Assembly (NCBI GenBank): GCA_965248695.1
Contig: CBDFKD010000002.1
Location: 2,432,001 to 2,496,000 of the forward strand
Reading direction: 5' to 3'
Length of the DNA stretch: 64,000 nucleotides
DNA from: Acidobacteriota bacterium
GTDB taxonomy: Bacteria > Acidobacteriota > UBA890 > WLXD01
Positions within the stretch are counted from its first letter, which is position 1, and each line of letters starts with the position of its first letter. Below the pieces are notes generated by a model. The model was not told the origin of the DNA, made no database searches, and saw only the letters and a list, made by a program, of their open reading frames with translations. The position numbers and the translations under genes were made by a program. Below are positions 20,321-30,440 of the stretch, in pieces.

Positions 20321-22291
20321 ATGGCTCCTTTCCGCCGTTCCGTCATCATCTGCCTCATGGCCAGCCTCGGTGCGGGGGCGCTACCGGCCGCAACAACACC
20401 GCCTGCACAACCACAGCAGTCGGAGTGGAGCTACTTCGGTGGCAGCAAAGCGTTCACCCGCTACTCGCCTCTAGATCAGATCGACCGCGACAACGTGGCC
20501 CAACTGGAGATCGTTTGGGGACGCCCGGCGGTCCGCAGCGACCTCATCGAGGCTTTCCCCGATCTGTTCGCGCGCGCCTACCTGCGGTCGACCCCGATCA
20601 TCATCGACGGCGTGCTCTACACGCAGGACGCCCACGGGCTGGTGATCGCTCTGGACGGCCGAACCGGCGAGACCGTCTGGCAACAGGATCTCGTGGCCCT
20701 CACCGAGGAAGAGGCCGAAGGTGCGCCCACGCGCGGCGTCGACTACTGGAGCGACGGCGAGGGCGACGAACGGATCGTGGCGGTGCGCGGCGAATACCTG
20801 TATGCGATCAACGCCACGACCGGCGAGCCGTATGACGATTTCGGCGACGGTGGCCGCGTCTACCTGCGGTACGAGGACGGCGCGGCGCCAGCGGGGAGTT
20901 TCAGCGACAGCAGCGGTCCGATCGTCGTACGCGACGTCGTGGTCATCAGCGGACTTTCCGGCGGTGCGGGGGACCGCGGCAACAAGATGGAGGCGGTCTC
21001 GGAGGACGCACGGGGCTACGACGTCCGCACGGGAGAGCTGCGGTGGACGTTTCACGCCGTGCCGCGCGAAGGCGAGGTCGGCGTCGACACCTGGGGCAAC
21101 GACTCGTGGAAGGTCGCCGGCGACATGGGTGCCTGGTCGCTGATGAGCGCCGACGAGGAGCTCGGCCACGTGTATGTGGCGTTCTCGGCTCCGACGACCG
21201 CCTGGTACGGGGGCTGGAGGCCGGGCGACAACCTCTTTTCCAACAGCCTCGTGGCGCTCAACGCGCAGACCGGTGAGCGCGTCTGGCACTTCCAGATGAT
21301 CCACCATGGCCTGTGGGACTACGAGCCCATCGGCCCGGCGACGCTGGGCGAGATCACGGTCGACGGGCGCCGGATCCCGGTGGTGATGCAGCCCACCAAG
21401 CACGGGTTCCTGTTCGTGTTCGACCGCCGGAACGGCGAGCCCTTGTGGCCCATCGAGGAGCGCCCGGTGCCGGCGTCGACGGTGCCCGGGGAGGCAGCCT
21501 CGCCGACACAGCCGTTCCCCAGCAAGCCGCCGCCGTTCGACTGGCAGGGCATCACCGAAGCCGACCTGATCGACTACACGCCGGCGCTCAACCGCCAGGC
21601 GCGCGAGCTCGCCAGCCAGTACGTCACCGGGCCCCTGTTCACGCCGCCCTCCGTCCCCAGCGACGAGCCCGGAGGCACGAAGGGCTCGCTGCTGTACCCC
21701 GGCTCCTGGGGCGCGGGCAACTGGAACACTGGCGCGTTCGACCCGGAGACCGGCGTCTACTACGCAGTCTCCAACAGCTCCTACGGCCCGACGAACCGCA
21801 ACGCAGTCAAGCAGACCGACCCGGCGGCGACCATGGAGTACGCCTACGAGCCGGCCGCCGCGCCCACGATCGACGGGCTGTTCATCATGAAGCCCCCCCA
21901 CGGCCGCATCACGGCCCTGGACCTGAACCGCGGCGAGCAGCTGTGGATGGCGGCCAACGGCGACGGGCAGCGGAAGCACCCGTTGCTGCGGCACCTGAAC
22001 CTGCCGCCGCTCGGCGTTCCGAACCGTCCAGCGCCGCTGCTGACCAAGACCCTGCTCTTCCTCGGAGAGGGCAGCAACGCCGTCATGGGTACCCTCGACG
22101 AGGAGTGGGCCTGGGGCACGGTCTTTCGCGCCTATGACAAGGCTACCGGCGACGTGGTGTGGGCCATGGAGTTGCCATCCGGAACCACAGCCGGCCCCAT
22201 GACCTACATGCTAGACGGTAGGCAGTACATCGTCGTGTCGGTCGGCGACCAGAACCACCCGCCGGAGTACGTCGCCCTGGCGCTCCCCTAG
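20321..22291 (+). CDS. PQQ-dependent quinoprotein (glucose dehydrogenase-like), exported
   Basis: YSPLDQIDRDNV, GDNLFSNSLVAL, WHFQMIHHGLWDY, GEPLWPIEERPVP, SPTQPFP. Confidence 0.9.
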   Translation: MAPFRRSVIICLMASLGAGALPAATTPPAQPQQSEWSYFGGSKAFTRYSPLDQIDRDNVAQLEIVWGRPAVRSDLIEAFPDLFARAYLRSTPIIIDGVLYTQDAHGLVIALDGRTGETVWQQDLVALTEEEAEGAPTRGVDYWSDGEGDERIVAVRGEYLYAINATTGEPYDDFGDGGRVYLRYEDGAAPAGSFSDSSGPIVVRDVVVISGLSGGAGDRGNKMEAVSEDARGYDVRTGELRWTFHAVPREGEVGVDTWGNDSWKVAGDMGAWSLMSADEELGHVYVAFSAPTTAWYGGWRPGDNLFSNSLVALNAQTGERVWHFQMIHHGLWDYEPIGPATLGEITVDGRRIPVVMQPTKHGFLFVFDRRNGEPLWPIEERPVPASTVPGEAASPTQPFPSKPPPFDWQGITEADLIDYTPALNRQARELASQYVTGPLFTPPSVPSDEPGGTKGSLLYPGSWGAGNWNTGAFDPETGVYYAVSNSSYGPTNRNAVKQTDPAATMEYAYEPAAAPTIDGLFIMKPPHGRITALDLNRGEQLWMAANGDGQRKHPLLRHLNLPPLGVPNRPAPLLTKTLLFLGEGSNAVMGTLDEEWAWGTVFRAYDKATGDVVWAMELPSGTTAGPMTYMLDGRQYIVVSVGDQNHPPEYVALALP

Positions 22292-22370
22292 GCGGGGGGG
22301 GGGGGGGGAACTGTCGAGTGGTAGACAATCTGGGTTGCAGCAAAGTCAATCCTGGTTCTTTGTACGGCAG

Positions 22371-23690
22371 ATGACGGTGCGGACGCAGCACGCGATCGAT
22401 GGGGCAGAGTTCCTCGACGAAGGCGAGCTCGCAGCGATCCGCACAGACCGTTGGCGCGCGCAGAGTGCCTATGTCGCGCGCGCGTCCCCGTTCTACGCAA
22501 GGCACTTCGCCGGGTTGAAACTGACCGGCGACCTCGCCGAGCTGGCGGACCTACCGTTCACTGACAAGGAGATGCTGCGCGCCGACCAGCGCGCCCAGCC
22601 GCCGTTCGGCAGCTACCTCGCCGCGCCGCCGCAGGACATTCGCCGCGTCCACCGCACCTCGGGCACCACCGGCGACGCCATGAACCTGGCGCTGTCGGCC
22701 GCGGACGCGAGGATGACCGCCGCGGTCGGCGCGCGCGCCCAGTCCGCTGCCGGACTCGGGCCGAGCCACCGGGTGGTGCACTGCCTCAACTATCAGCTGT
22801 GGATGGGTGGGTTCACCGACCACACGACGCTGGAGGCCACCGGCGCCACCGTGATCCCCTACGGCGTCGGCGATAGCGCGACGCTGATCCGGGTAATCCG
22901 CGACCTCGGCGTCACCGCGATCTCCTGCACGCCCTCCTATCCGGCGGTGCTGGAGCAGGTGCTGGCGGAGCACTATCCCGGCCTGGCGCCGCGTGACCTC
23001 GGCCTGCAGCTAGGCCTGTTCGGCGGCGAGCCCGGCCTCGACGACCCGGTGTTCCGTGCCCGGCTGGAAGAGACCTGGGGCTTCCTCGCCCGCAACGCCA
23101 ACTACGGCGTCACCGATATGCTGTGCAACTTCGCCGGCCAGACGGAGCTCTGCAACGACCTGCACTTCATGGCGCCCGACGTGCTGGAGGCGGAGCTGAT
23201 CGACCCCGACGCCGGCACCCGGCTGCCGTGGCGCGAAGGCGAGTCCGGCGAGCTGGTGCTGACCCACCTCGCCAAGGATTGCCAGCCGCTGGTGCGCTTC
23301 CGCACCGGCGACATCGTCACGTTGGCCGGCACCGGCCGGGCTGATTGCGGCCGCACGGTGCCCCGGTTCCGCGTCGTCGGCCGCAGCGACGACATGGTGG
23401 TGGTGCGCGGCCTCAGTACATTCCCGACCATGGTGGCATCCGTGCTCAACGGCTTCGACGCGATGAGCGGCGAGTACCGCATCGTGCTCGACCGGCCGCC
23501 ACCCTACGATGTGCTGCCGGTCGAGGTCGAGCTCGCCGAAGGGCAGGACGGCGGCGCTGATCTGGCGGCCAGCATCAAGGCGGCAATCAAGCGGGAGCTT
23601 GGCGCCACGGCGCGGGTGACGGTGCTGCCGCCGCGCAGCCTGCCGCGCACCGAGGGAAAGACCCGCCGCGTCTGGAGAACCTACACATGA
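22371..23690 (+). CDS. Phenylacetate-CoA ligase family protein
   Basis: HRTSGTTG, NYGVTD, PLVRFRTGDI, GRSDDM, EGKTRR. Confidence 0.9.
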   Translation: MTVRTQHAIDGAEFLDEGELAAIRTDRWRAQSAYVARASPFYARHFAGLKLTGDLAELADLPFTDKEMLRADQRAQPPFGSYLAAPPQDIRRVHRTSGTTGDAMNLALSAADARMTAAVGARAQSAAGLGPSHRVVHCLNYQLWMGGFTDHTTLEATGATVIPYGVGDSATLIRVIRDLGVTAISCTPSYPAVLEQVLAEHYPGLAPRDLGLQLGLFGGEPGLDDPVFRARLEETWGFLARNANYGVTDMLCNFAGQTELCNDLHFMAPDVLEAELIDPDAGTRLPWREGESGELVLTHLAKDCQPLVRFRTGDIVTLAGTGRADCGRTVPRFRVVGRSDDMVVVRGLSTFPTMVASVLNGFDAMSGEYRIVLDRPPPYDVLPVEVELAEGQDGGADLAASIKAAIKRELGATARVTVLPPRSLPRTEGKTRRVWRTYT

Positions 23691-24448
23691 CCGCATTCGA
23701 CTACGAGACGGTGCTGAGCGAGTACGAGGCCGACGGCGTCCGCACCATCACGCTCAACCGGCCGGAGAGCCTCAACGCTATGAATCGCCAGTTGGTCGAC
23801 GACGTGGCAAAGGCCTTCGCCGACGCCGACGCCGACCCCGATACGCGGGCGGTGATCTTCACTGGCGCCGGCCGCGGGTTCTGTGCCGGCGACGACCGGC
23901 GCGAGCACACGCACCCGGAGACCGAGGCCGCTGCACGCGACATCGTCGACGCGATCCAGCGCGCGACCGACGCCATCGTTTTCGGCGGTAAGCCGGTGGT
24001 GGGCGCGATCAACGGTTGGGCCGTCGGCGGCGGCTTCGAATGGGCGATCAACTGCGACTTTCCGATCTGGGCCGAAAGCGCCAAGGGCTTCTTCCCCGAG
24101 GTCTCGCTCAACCTGTTCGTCACCGGCGGCGTCACCTCGCTGCTGCCGGCACTGGTCGGCCTAAACCGCGCGAGAGAGATGCTGTTCCTCGGTGCGCGCT
24201 ACGACGCCGCAACGCTGCGCGAGTACGGCATCGCCTGGCGCGTGGTGCCCGATGCCGCGCTGATGGACGAGGCGCGCCCTGTGGCGCGCCAGCTCGCCGA
24301 GCTTCCGCCGCTGGCAATACGCGCCATGCGCCGCACGCTCTACCGCACCGCGATGACGGACCTCGCCTCCGCGATGCGGCTGGAAGGGGAGGCCACCGTC
24401 GCCGGCTTCCTCGACCCGGAGACCACCAAGCGGGTCAAGGACTTCTGA
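23687..24448 (+). CDS. Enoyl-CoA hydratase/isomerase family protein
   Basis: ITLNRPESLNA, FCAGDD, AINGWAVGGGFE; ATGA overlap with the ligase gene. Confidence 0.92.
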   Translation: MTAFDYETVLSEYEADGVRTITLNRPESLNAMNRQLVDDVAKAFADADADPDTRAVIFTGAGRGFCAGDDRREHTHPETEAAARDIVDAIQRATDAIVFGGKPVVGAINGWAVGGGFEWAINCDFPIWAESAKGFFPEVSLNLFVTGGVTSLLPALVGLNRAREMLFLGARYDAATLREYGIAWRVVPDAALMDEARPVARQLAELPPLAIRAMRRTLYRTAMTDLASAMRLEGEATVAGFLDPETTKRVKDF

Positions 24449-24661
24449 CCGAAGACGGACGTGCGGCGGCGGCCTGGTCTCGGCTTCGAGGAGTCCTGAT
24501 CGCCCTCGCTCCGCCAGGCAAAGGCGGTCCCGCAGCGAATCCCTTGAGGAGCCCAACGATCAGTGGTTGCATCCACGCGTCCCTCTACTGACCAAGCCAA
24601 GAAAGTGACTCGACAAGGGTCATGCCGGAATCCCGGGAGGTAGACAGTGGTTGGAGGATCG

Positions 24662-26460
24662 ATGACTGAATCCAGGCCGCGGCTGTTGATCGCTTTGCTG
24701 GCGAGCCTGAGCATATCGGCTTGTCAGCCGTCAACGCAGGACGCGTCGCCAGGCGATGCTGGCAGCCCAGCCGATTTGGTGCTGCAGGGCGGCAAGTTCT
24801 TTACCGTCGACGAAGCCCAGGTTTGGGCTGAAGCCGTCGCGGTCAAGGACGGCAGGTTCGTCTACGTCGGCAACGACGTTGGTGCAGAGAGCTTCGTCGG
24901 TCCCGATACCGATCGCCATGACCTCGGCGGCAAGCTGACGATTCCCGGCCTGGTGGATTCCCATACGCACCCAGGTCTGATGGGGCGGGAGACGGCCGGG
25001 TACACCGCAGTCCCCGTGGGTGGTGGTCCCAGAGGAAGGCTGCCCGGGGGTGGGACCAAGGAGGAGATCTTCGCTGCGGTGGAGGCCTATGCCGAAGCCA
25101 ACCCGGACCTTGCCTGGATCGAGATGGGTAGCTGGTCCGGGGATCTGTACGGCGTCGCGGGCCCACACAAGAGAGATCTGGATCGCGTCGTACCCGATCG
25201 ACCGGTGATGTTAGGAAGCGTCCATAGCCTTTGGGTCAATTCCGTGGCGCTCGAGATGATGGGGGTCGACAGCAACACACCCGATCCGGTACCCGGTCTC
25301 TCATACTTCGTACGGGATGCGGATGGGGAGCCTACCGGCTGGATCAAGGAATGGGCCGCCTGGCCCTATGTGCAGCACCTTACTGACGTTGACCGGGAGG
25401 CCAACAAGGAGGGTATCGACACCTTCTTGGAGTACCTGTCAGGCCACGGCGTTACTACACTCTTGGACGCTGGCAACAACAGCTACCACGATCTCACGTA
25501 CTCGCTGCTTGCCGAGCTAGAGGCAGCCGGTCGCCTGCCGGTTCGCTACGAGGGCAGCGATCACATCTTCTTGCCCGATCAGGTGCCCGGTGCGATCGAT
25601 GAGCTACAGCGGCTGCACCGCACTTACGGCAGCGAGCGTCTGACGTTCAACACGATCAAGATTCACTTCGACGGCACGGACGAGATTCGTACCGGCGCGG
25701 TGCTCGAGCCGTTCAGCGATGACCCGGGCAACCGAGGCGCTACGCTCCTCGACACCGAGGAGTTGAGTGATTTCATCGTGCAGCTTCACGAAGCCCGGAT
25801 CGATTTACACCTGCACATCGTGGCCGACCGGGGCGTTCGCATCGCGCTGGATGCCGTAGAAGCGGCGCGGGGATCGGTCGACGGCGAGCTCTATCCGCGC
25901 GTTACGATCTGCCACCTCGACATCATCGATACGGTCGACTACCCGCGTTTCAAACAGCTGGGTGTCATTGCCAACTACACACCCCAATGGCACGGCCTGG
26001 GAGACAGACCGCCGTTACCCTTGGCGATCGCTTCGAGAGGATGTTGCTGGTGCAGCCGTTACTGGATGACGGTGCGTTGGTCACCTTCTCCAGCGACGTA
26101 ACATCGCTCGGGGGCATGGAGCGGGCCAACCCATATCTGGGAATGCAGATCGGCCACAACCGCCAATACCACGAACAGGGCGAGGCCGCGCCGATAAGGC
26201 TGCCGCTGAGCGAACGGCTGAACCTGGAGGATCTGATCAAGGGATACACCTTGAACGGCGCCTACCAGCTCCGTATGGAGGACCAGCTCGGCTCGATCGA
26301 GGTGGGCAAGCTCGCCGATCTGGTGGTGTTGGATCGCAACCTGTTCGAAATCGATCGCTACGAGATCCACGAGGTTCGACCCGAGGCGGTCATCATGGAA
26401 GGCGAGATCATCAGGGGGAGCTTGGACGGCAGCGCGGGCGCCCGTAGCTCAGCTGGATAG
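24662..26460 (+). pseudogene. Amidohydrolase 3 family lipoprotein, frameshifted paralog of 33929-35722
   Basis: 10-bp deletion near 26010 relative to the paralog; 3' end runs into tRNA half copy 2. Confidence 0.85.
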
Positions 26461-26476
26461 AGCAGCGGACTTCTAA
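26438..26476 (+). repeat. tRNA-Arg 5' half, copy 2
   Basis: 39-nt exact match ending CTTCTAA. Confidence 0.97.
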
Positions 26477-26769
26477 ACCAAACGGTCGCAGTTGGTTCTG
26501 GTTGGCGCTGCTTGGTTCTTCTTTGCTGGCGTTGGTTTGCGTTGGTGCCCGATCACGCCGCTCTTGGCTAGCGTTGGTTCCCGTTGGTGCTGGCTGGTTT
26601 CCCGCGGGCACGATCGTGGGCAGAGTTTGGAACACCCCGATCACGGCTCCGACGATAGACTGTCTGAATACTGCCGCGGTAGGCTGTCACCTGCTGCGCG
26701 AGATGGGCGCTCCCTGGTCCCGCCGAGAGGCAGCGGCGGCGCACGGAGCGCTACGGGTCGGGACGGAGC

Positions 26770-27594
26770 ATGCGAACAGCGGAGGTCGAAGCCACCGGCT
26801 GGCGCGATCGCCTGCACGAGATCATCTTCGAGGCCGAGACACCGGCCGGTAAGAACTTCGACGTCGCGCTGTTGGTTCTGATCGTGCTCAGCGTGGTGAA
26901 CGTCTCTCTGGAGAGCGTCGCCGAGATCCGTGCCGAGCACGGGCTGCTGCTCCGACGCGTGGACTGGGCGATCACCATCCTGTTCACGATCGAGTACGTT
27001 CTCCGGCTGCTGTGCGTCCGCCGGCCCTTGCGCTACGCGCGGTCGTTCTACGGCGTGGTCGACCTGATGGCGGTGCTGCCTGTCTACCTGAGCCTGGTGA
27101 TCTCGGGGTCCCAGTCGCTGGTGGTGGTCCGGACCCTGCGCCTTCTGCGCGTCTTCCGTGTGCTCAAGCTGGCGCACTTCATCGGCGAGGAGCGCGCGCT
27201 GCGGGCGGCACTGCGAGCCAGCTCGCGCAAGATCGTAGTGTTCCTCGGTGCCGTGCTGACGGTGGTGCTGATCGTGGGTGCGGTGATGTACCTCATCGAG
27301 GGGCCGCAGAACGGTTTCAACAGCATCCCGGAATCGGTTTACTGGGCGATCGTCACGATGACGACCGTCGGCTACGGCGACCTTGCCCCCCAGACCGTGG
27401 CCGGCAAGCTCCTGGCGTCGGCGATCATGATCCTCGGGTACGGCATCATCGCCGTGCCCACCGGTATCGTCACGGTGGAGGTGGCCAGCACGCTACGAAC
27501 CTCGACGCGCACGATCGCCTGTCGCGAGTGCGCGATGGAGGGGCACGCCAGCGACGCGGTGTACTGCAAGTTTTGCGGTACGCGTCTCGAGTAG
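26770..27594 (+). CDS. Voltage-gated K+ channel / ion transporter
   Basis: TMTTVGYGD selectivity filter; RTLRLLRVFRVLKL S4 helix; C-terminal CxxC pair. Confidence 0.93.
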   Translation: MRTAEVEATGWRDRLHEIIFEAETPAGKNFDVALLVLIVLSVVNVSLESVAEIRAEHGLLLRRVDWAITILFTIEYVLRLLCVRRPLRYARSFYGVVDLMAVLPVYLSLVISGSQSLVVVRTLRLLRVFRVLKLAHFIGEERALRAALRASSRKIVVFLGAVLTVVLIVGAVMYLIEGPQNGFNSIPESVYWAIVTMTTVGYGDLAPQTVAGKLLASAIMILGYGIIAVPTGIVTVEVASTLRTSTRTIACRECAMEGHASDAVYCKFCGTRLE

Positions 27595-27666
27595 CTGCGA
27601 CAGGATCGACGCGCGTCGCGCTGCACGAAGCCACCGATGTTCACGCTTCAGAGCTCGTGAAGAACC

Positions 27667-29889
27667 CTATTCGTCTATCCCGAAGGCCAATAGCACATTC
27701 CCCGGGCTATTACCGAAAATCGCGTACCCGGATCCCATGTACATCATCCCATCGACGATCGTTGGGGAGGTGGCACCAATCGCGCCGCCGAATGCCGGCA
27801 CTTCGTTAATGGCTTCGTAGGTTCGTTTCGTGGCGTATTCCCAGAGAATCCCGCCGTCCGCCTTTGAATATGCACGGAGTGTCCCTTGGGAAGAGCCGGT
27901 GATTACCGCACCGGGCACTGCGGTTGCCGCCGCCGTGTAACCCGAGGAGCAGGCGTTGAAACCCTCCAGGTCGCAGTCCTCCAGCCCCGGCAGCTCCGTG
28001 TACCAGACGCGCTCCCCCGTCGTCACCCGCAATGCCGCGACGGCTCCGGTCGCGTCCCGGTAGGTCAGCGGACGATAGAAGAGCTCGCCGTCGGACGCCC
28101 CGCCCCAACCCGCCGCGTTGGGAGCAAGCCGGTCGCCGGCCTGGGCTACCCAGAGGACTGCCCCGTTGTTGTCGGGATCCAAAGCGGTGATGCGGCCGCT
28201 CTCCTGTACGCCCAGCAGAACGCGGCGACCGTTCGGTAGGTCGAGCAGAATCGCCTGGTTGACGTCGTCGCCCGGGCCCTGAATGTAGCCAGGACAATTG
28301 ATCACACGCTCGGGACCGTGGCCGCAGCCACCTGAGTCTCGATCCGAGGCCGCAGGAAAGAGGTTGGTCATCCACAACCGTCGGCCGCTATCCATGTCGA
28401 GGGCCAGCATCGAGTTGCAGGCGCCGCCGTCGAAGGTCACGTTGCCGACACCGAAGTGCTCAGTGATGCCGCAGTTCCCGGTGGGCGCATAGATCGCGCG
28501 CCGTTTCTCGTCGATCGCGAGCGAGCTCCAGATGCCGGCGCCGGACGGTCCGAACAGCGGCGTGCCGGCCGAGTTGTTCTTGTCGAGTGGACGAGGCCGC
28601 TCTGGAAGTGCATACGTTTGCCAGACCTTCTCACCGTTCTTCACGTCGACCGCCACGACGTTGCCCTGGAACGTGCAACACTCGTACTCGAGATGGGTAC
28701 CTGGCTGTTCTTCCCACGACGCGACGGGCACATACAGGCGCTCGCCTGAGGAGTCGAGTCTCACGGCGGATGTGATCTTCGCCTGTGGGTGATCATCGGG
28801 GCGCATGGTCCACATCCCCTCGCCCGTCTCGGCGTTCACTCCGTACACGACCCCGCTCATGTCGCCAAAATACGCGCCATGGCGGACCCCCGGAACTCCA
28901 TCGACCGGGCCGATCTTGACCGCGCCCCGGACCGCCGTCTGCGCGCGGTACGACCAGTGAACGCAGCCGGTCTTGGCGTCGAGCGCATAGACGAAGAAGT
29001 TGTCGCTCGTAATGAACAGCGCACCGCCCACCACGCTGGGTTGCGACCAGTTGGCCACCGAGGCATCCGGGATCGCGAAAACCCACTTCAGCTTCAGGCG
29101 CGGGAGGTCCGCGGCGGTGATGCCGCCGACCGCCTCCGACGCGAACCGATGCACAGCGAGCTCGGGATCCCAACCGTTCCAACTGGGTTGGTCGTCCCAG
29201 TTGTCGAGGTTCAGGGGCCTGTCACACTGGTTCGGCATGGCCGACGCCTCGCGGTGGGCAACGCCGCCGAACGGCTTGCCGGTCACGAGCTCGATGGTGG
29301 CGCGCTTGTACTCCTCGTCGTCGAAGATCCGGAAGCGATCGCTCTCGTCATGTGCCGCGATCGGGCGGTGCAACACTGCCAGGAGCTCGTCGGGTTCCAT
29401 TTGCTGGATATCGAACCGTGACGGCATGCTGGCGGGAACGGTCCCTCCCGAAACGGGTCGACCGTCAGGCGAATTGTCGTGGCAGACCGCACACCCGTTT
29501 TCGAAGACACCGACCATCCTTGCCGGATAAACGGTGCGGTCGGCCGCGCTACCGAGAGGCTTGCCGGTCACGAGCTCTGCCATCGCCCGCAGCTCGTCGT
29601 CCGTGAACTCGGACGTGAACTCCACCATGGGCCCTTCCATCAGGGCGATGAGGACCTGCTCCGGTTCCATCTGTCGAAGCGCCGCCCGAGTGGGTGCCAG
29701 GATCTCGTCGCTCTGACTGTCATGACACTCGGCACAGACCGCTTCATACGTCGACACCATGCTGGCGGCGGTGGCCCTCGGTTCCGGCACATCTTGTGCC
29801 TGGACCGGCGCAGTAAGGAGCTGCGTCGTCAATGCGACTACAGCTGCAAACACCGTCACCGAGCTCATCATCAGGGCTCGTCTGAGCAT
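27667..29889 (-). CDS. Quinohemoprotein (PVA dehydrogenase-like PQQ propeller) with two cytochrome c motifs
   Basis: CAECH and CAVCH; LKLKWVF, ECCTFQG, GPSGAGIWS, GNVLLAF. Confidence 0.85.
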   Translation of the reverse strand: MLRRALMMSSVTVFAAVVALTTQLLTAPVQAQDVPEPRATAASMVSTYEAVCAECHDSQSDEILAPTRAALRQMEPEQVLIALMEGPMVEFTSEFTDDELRAMAELVTGKPLGSAADRTVYPARMVGVFENGCAVCHDNSPDGRPVSGGTVPASMPSRFDIQQMEPDELLAVLHRPIAAHDESDRFRIFDDEEYKRATIELVTGKPFGGVAHREASAMPNQCDRPLNLDNWDDQPSWNGWDPELAVHRFASEAVGGITAADLPRLKLKWVFAIPDASVANWSQPSVVGGALFITSDNFFVYALDAKTGCVHWSYRAQTAVRGAVKIGPVDGVPGVRHGAYFGDMSGVVYGVNAETGEGMWTMRPDDHPQAKITSAVRLDSSGERLYVPVASWEEQPGTHLEYECCTFQGNVVAVDVKNGEKVWQTYALPERPRPLDKNNSAGTPLFGPSGAGIWSSLAIDEKRRAIYAPTGNCGITEHFGVGNVTFDGGACNSMLALDMDSGRRLWMTNLFPAASDRDSGGCGHGPERVINCPGYIQGPGDDVNQAILLDLPNGRRVLLGVQESGRITALDPDNNGAVLWVAQAGDRLAPNAAGWGGASDGELFYRPLTYRDATGAVAALRVTTGERVWYTELPGLEDCDLEGFNACSSGYTAAATAVPGAVITGSSQGTLRAYSKADGGILWEYATKRTYEAINEVPAFGGAIGATSPTIVDGMMYMGSGYAIFGNSPGNVLLAFGIDE

Positions 29890-29915
29890 CGGATTCCTCC
29901 AGTTCGAGAGCCTGA

Positions 29916-29944
29916 AGCCTATCGCCAGAGCGTTCGAGGGTCCA
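29916..29944 (-). promoter_or_regulatory. Conserved inward sigma70-like promoter (TGGACC-N17-TAGGCT)
   Basis: Same boxes and 17-bp spacing at 33171-33199, 35961-35989 and 54918-54946. Confidence 0.65.
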
Positions 29945-30127
29945 CGGGGCGCAAGACCACCCGCTATCCGTCAGTCCACACATCGAAGATGCTCCCTACG
30001 AGAGAGCGGCGAGCTTAGCCGAGGGATGTGTGCTTCCGGCCATCCGGGGCGCGGGGAACCGATCCTGCGCCTGTGAACTGACGAATAGTGGCTATCGCAA
30101 TCCGCATTTCTGGAGATGCGCCGACTC

Positions 30128-30210
30128 TTGCTAAACTGCGGGCACAGTTTGGGCACAATCGGCCTCACAAGAAAACACCGTGCAGCTCCTAAGTGCCCAT
30201 GAATAAAGGG
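30128..30210 (+). repeat. Type A right arm (also at 33381-33462, 36172-36252, 41227-41308)
   Basis: TTGCTAAACTGCGGGCACAGTTTGGGCACAATC...TAAGTGCCCATGAA(T/C)AAAGG immediately before the tRNA half. Confidence 0.9.
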
Positions 30211-30249
30211 GCGCCCGTAGCTCAGCTGGATAGAGCAGCGGACTTCTAA
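30211..30249 (+). repeat. tRNA-Arg 5' half, copy 3
   Basis: 39-nt exact match. Confidence 0.97.
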
Positions 30250-30440
30250 ACCAACCGCGCGCAGTTGGTTCCAGTTGGCGCTGCTTGGCGCTCGTTGGCT
30301 GGCGTTGGTTTGGGTTGGTGCCGAATCAGCTCGGCTTTGGTTCTAATTGGTTCCAGTTGGTGCTGCTTGGTTCCCCGCGGGCACAATCGTGGGCACAATC
30401 CCCCGCACCCTCAGCGCACGTCGGGCACCAGCGGTGCCGA

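Noticed and set aside
26750-26768. Possible kinase stop-codon remnant in cassette 2 (GCTACGGGTC)
   Set aside because: Only ~10 nt match; too short to call
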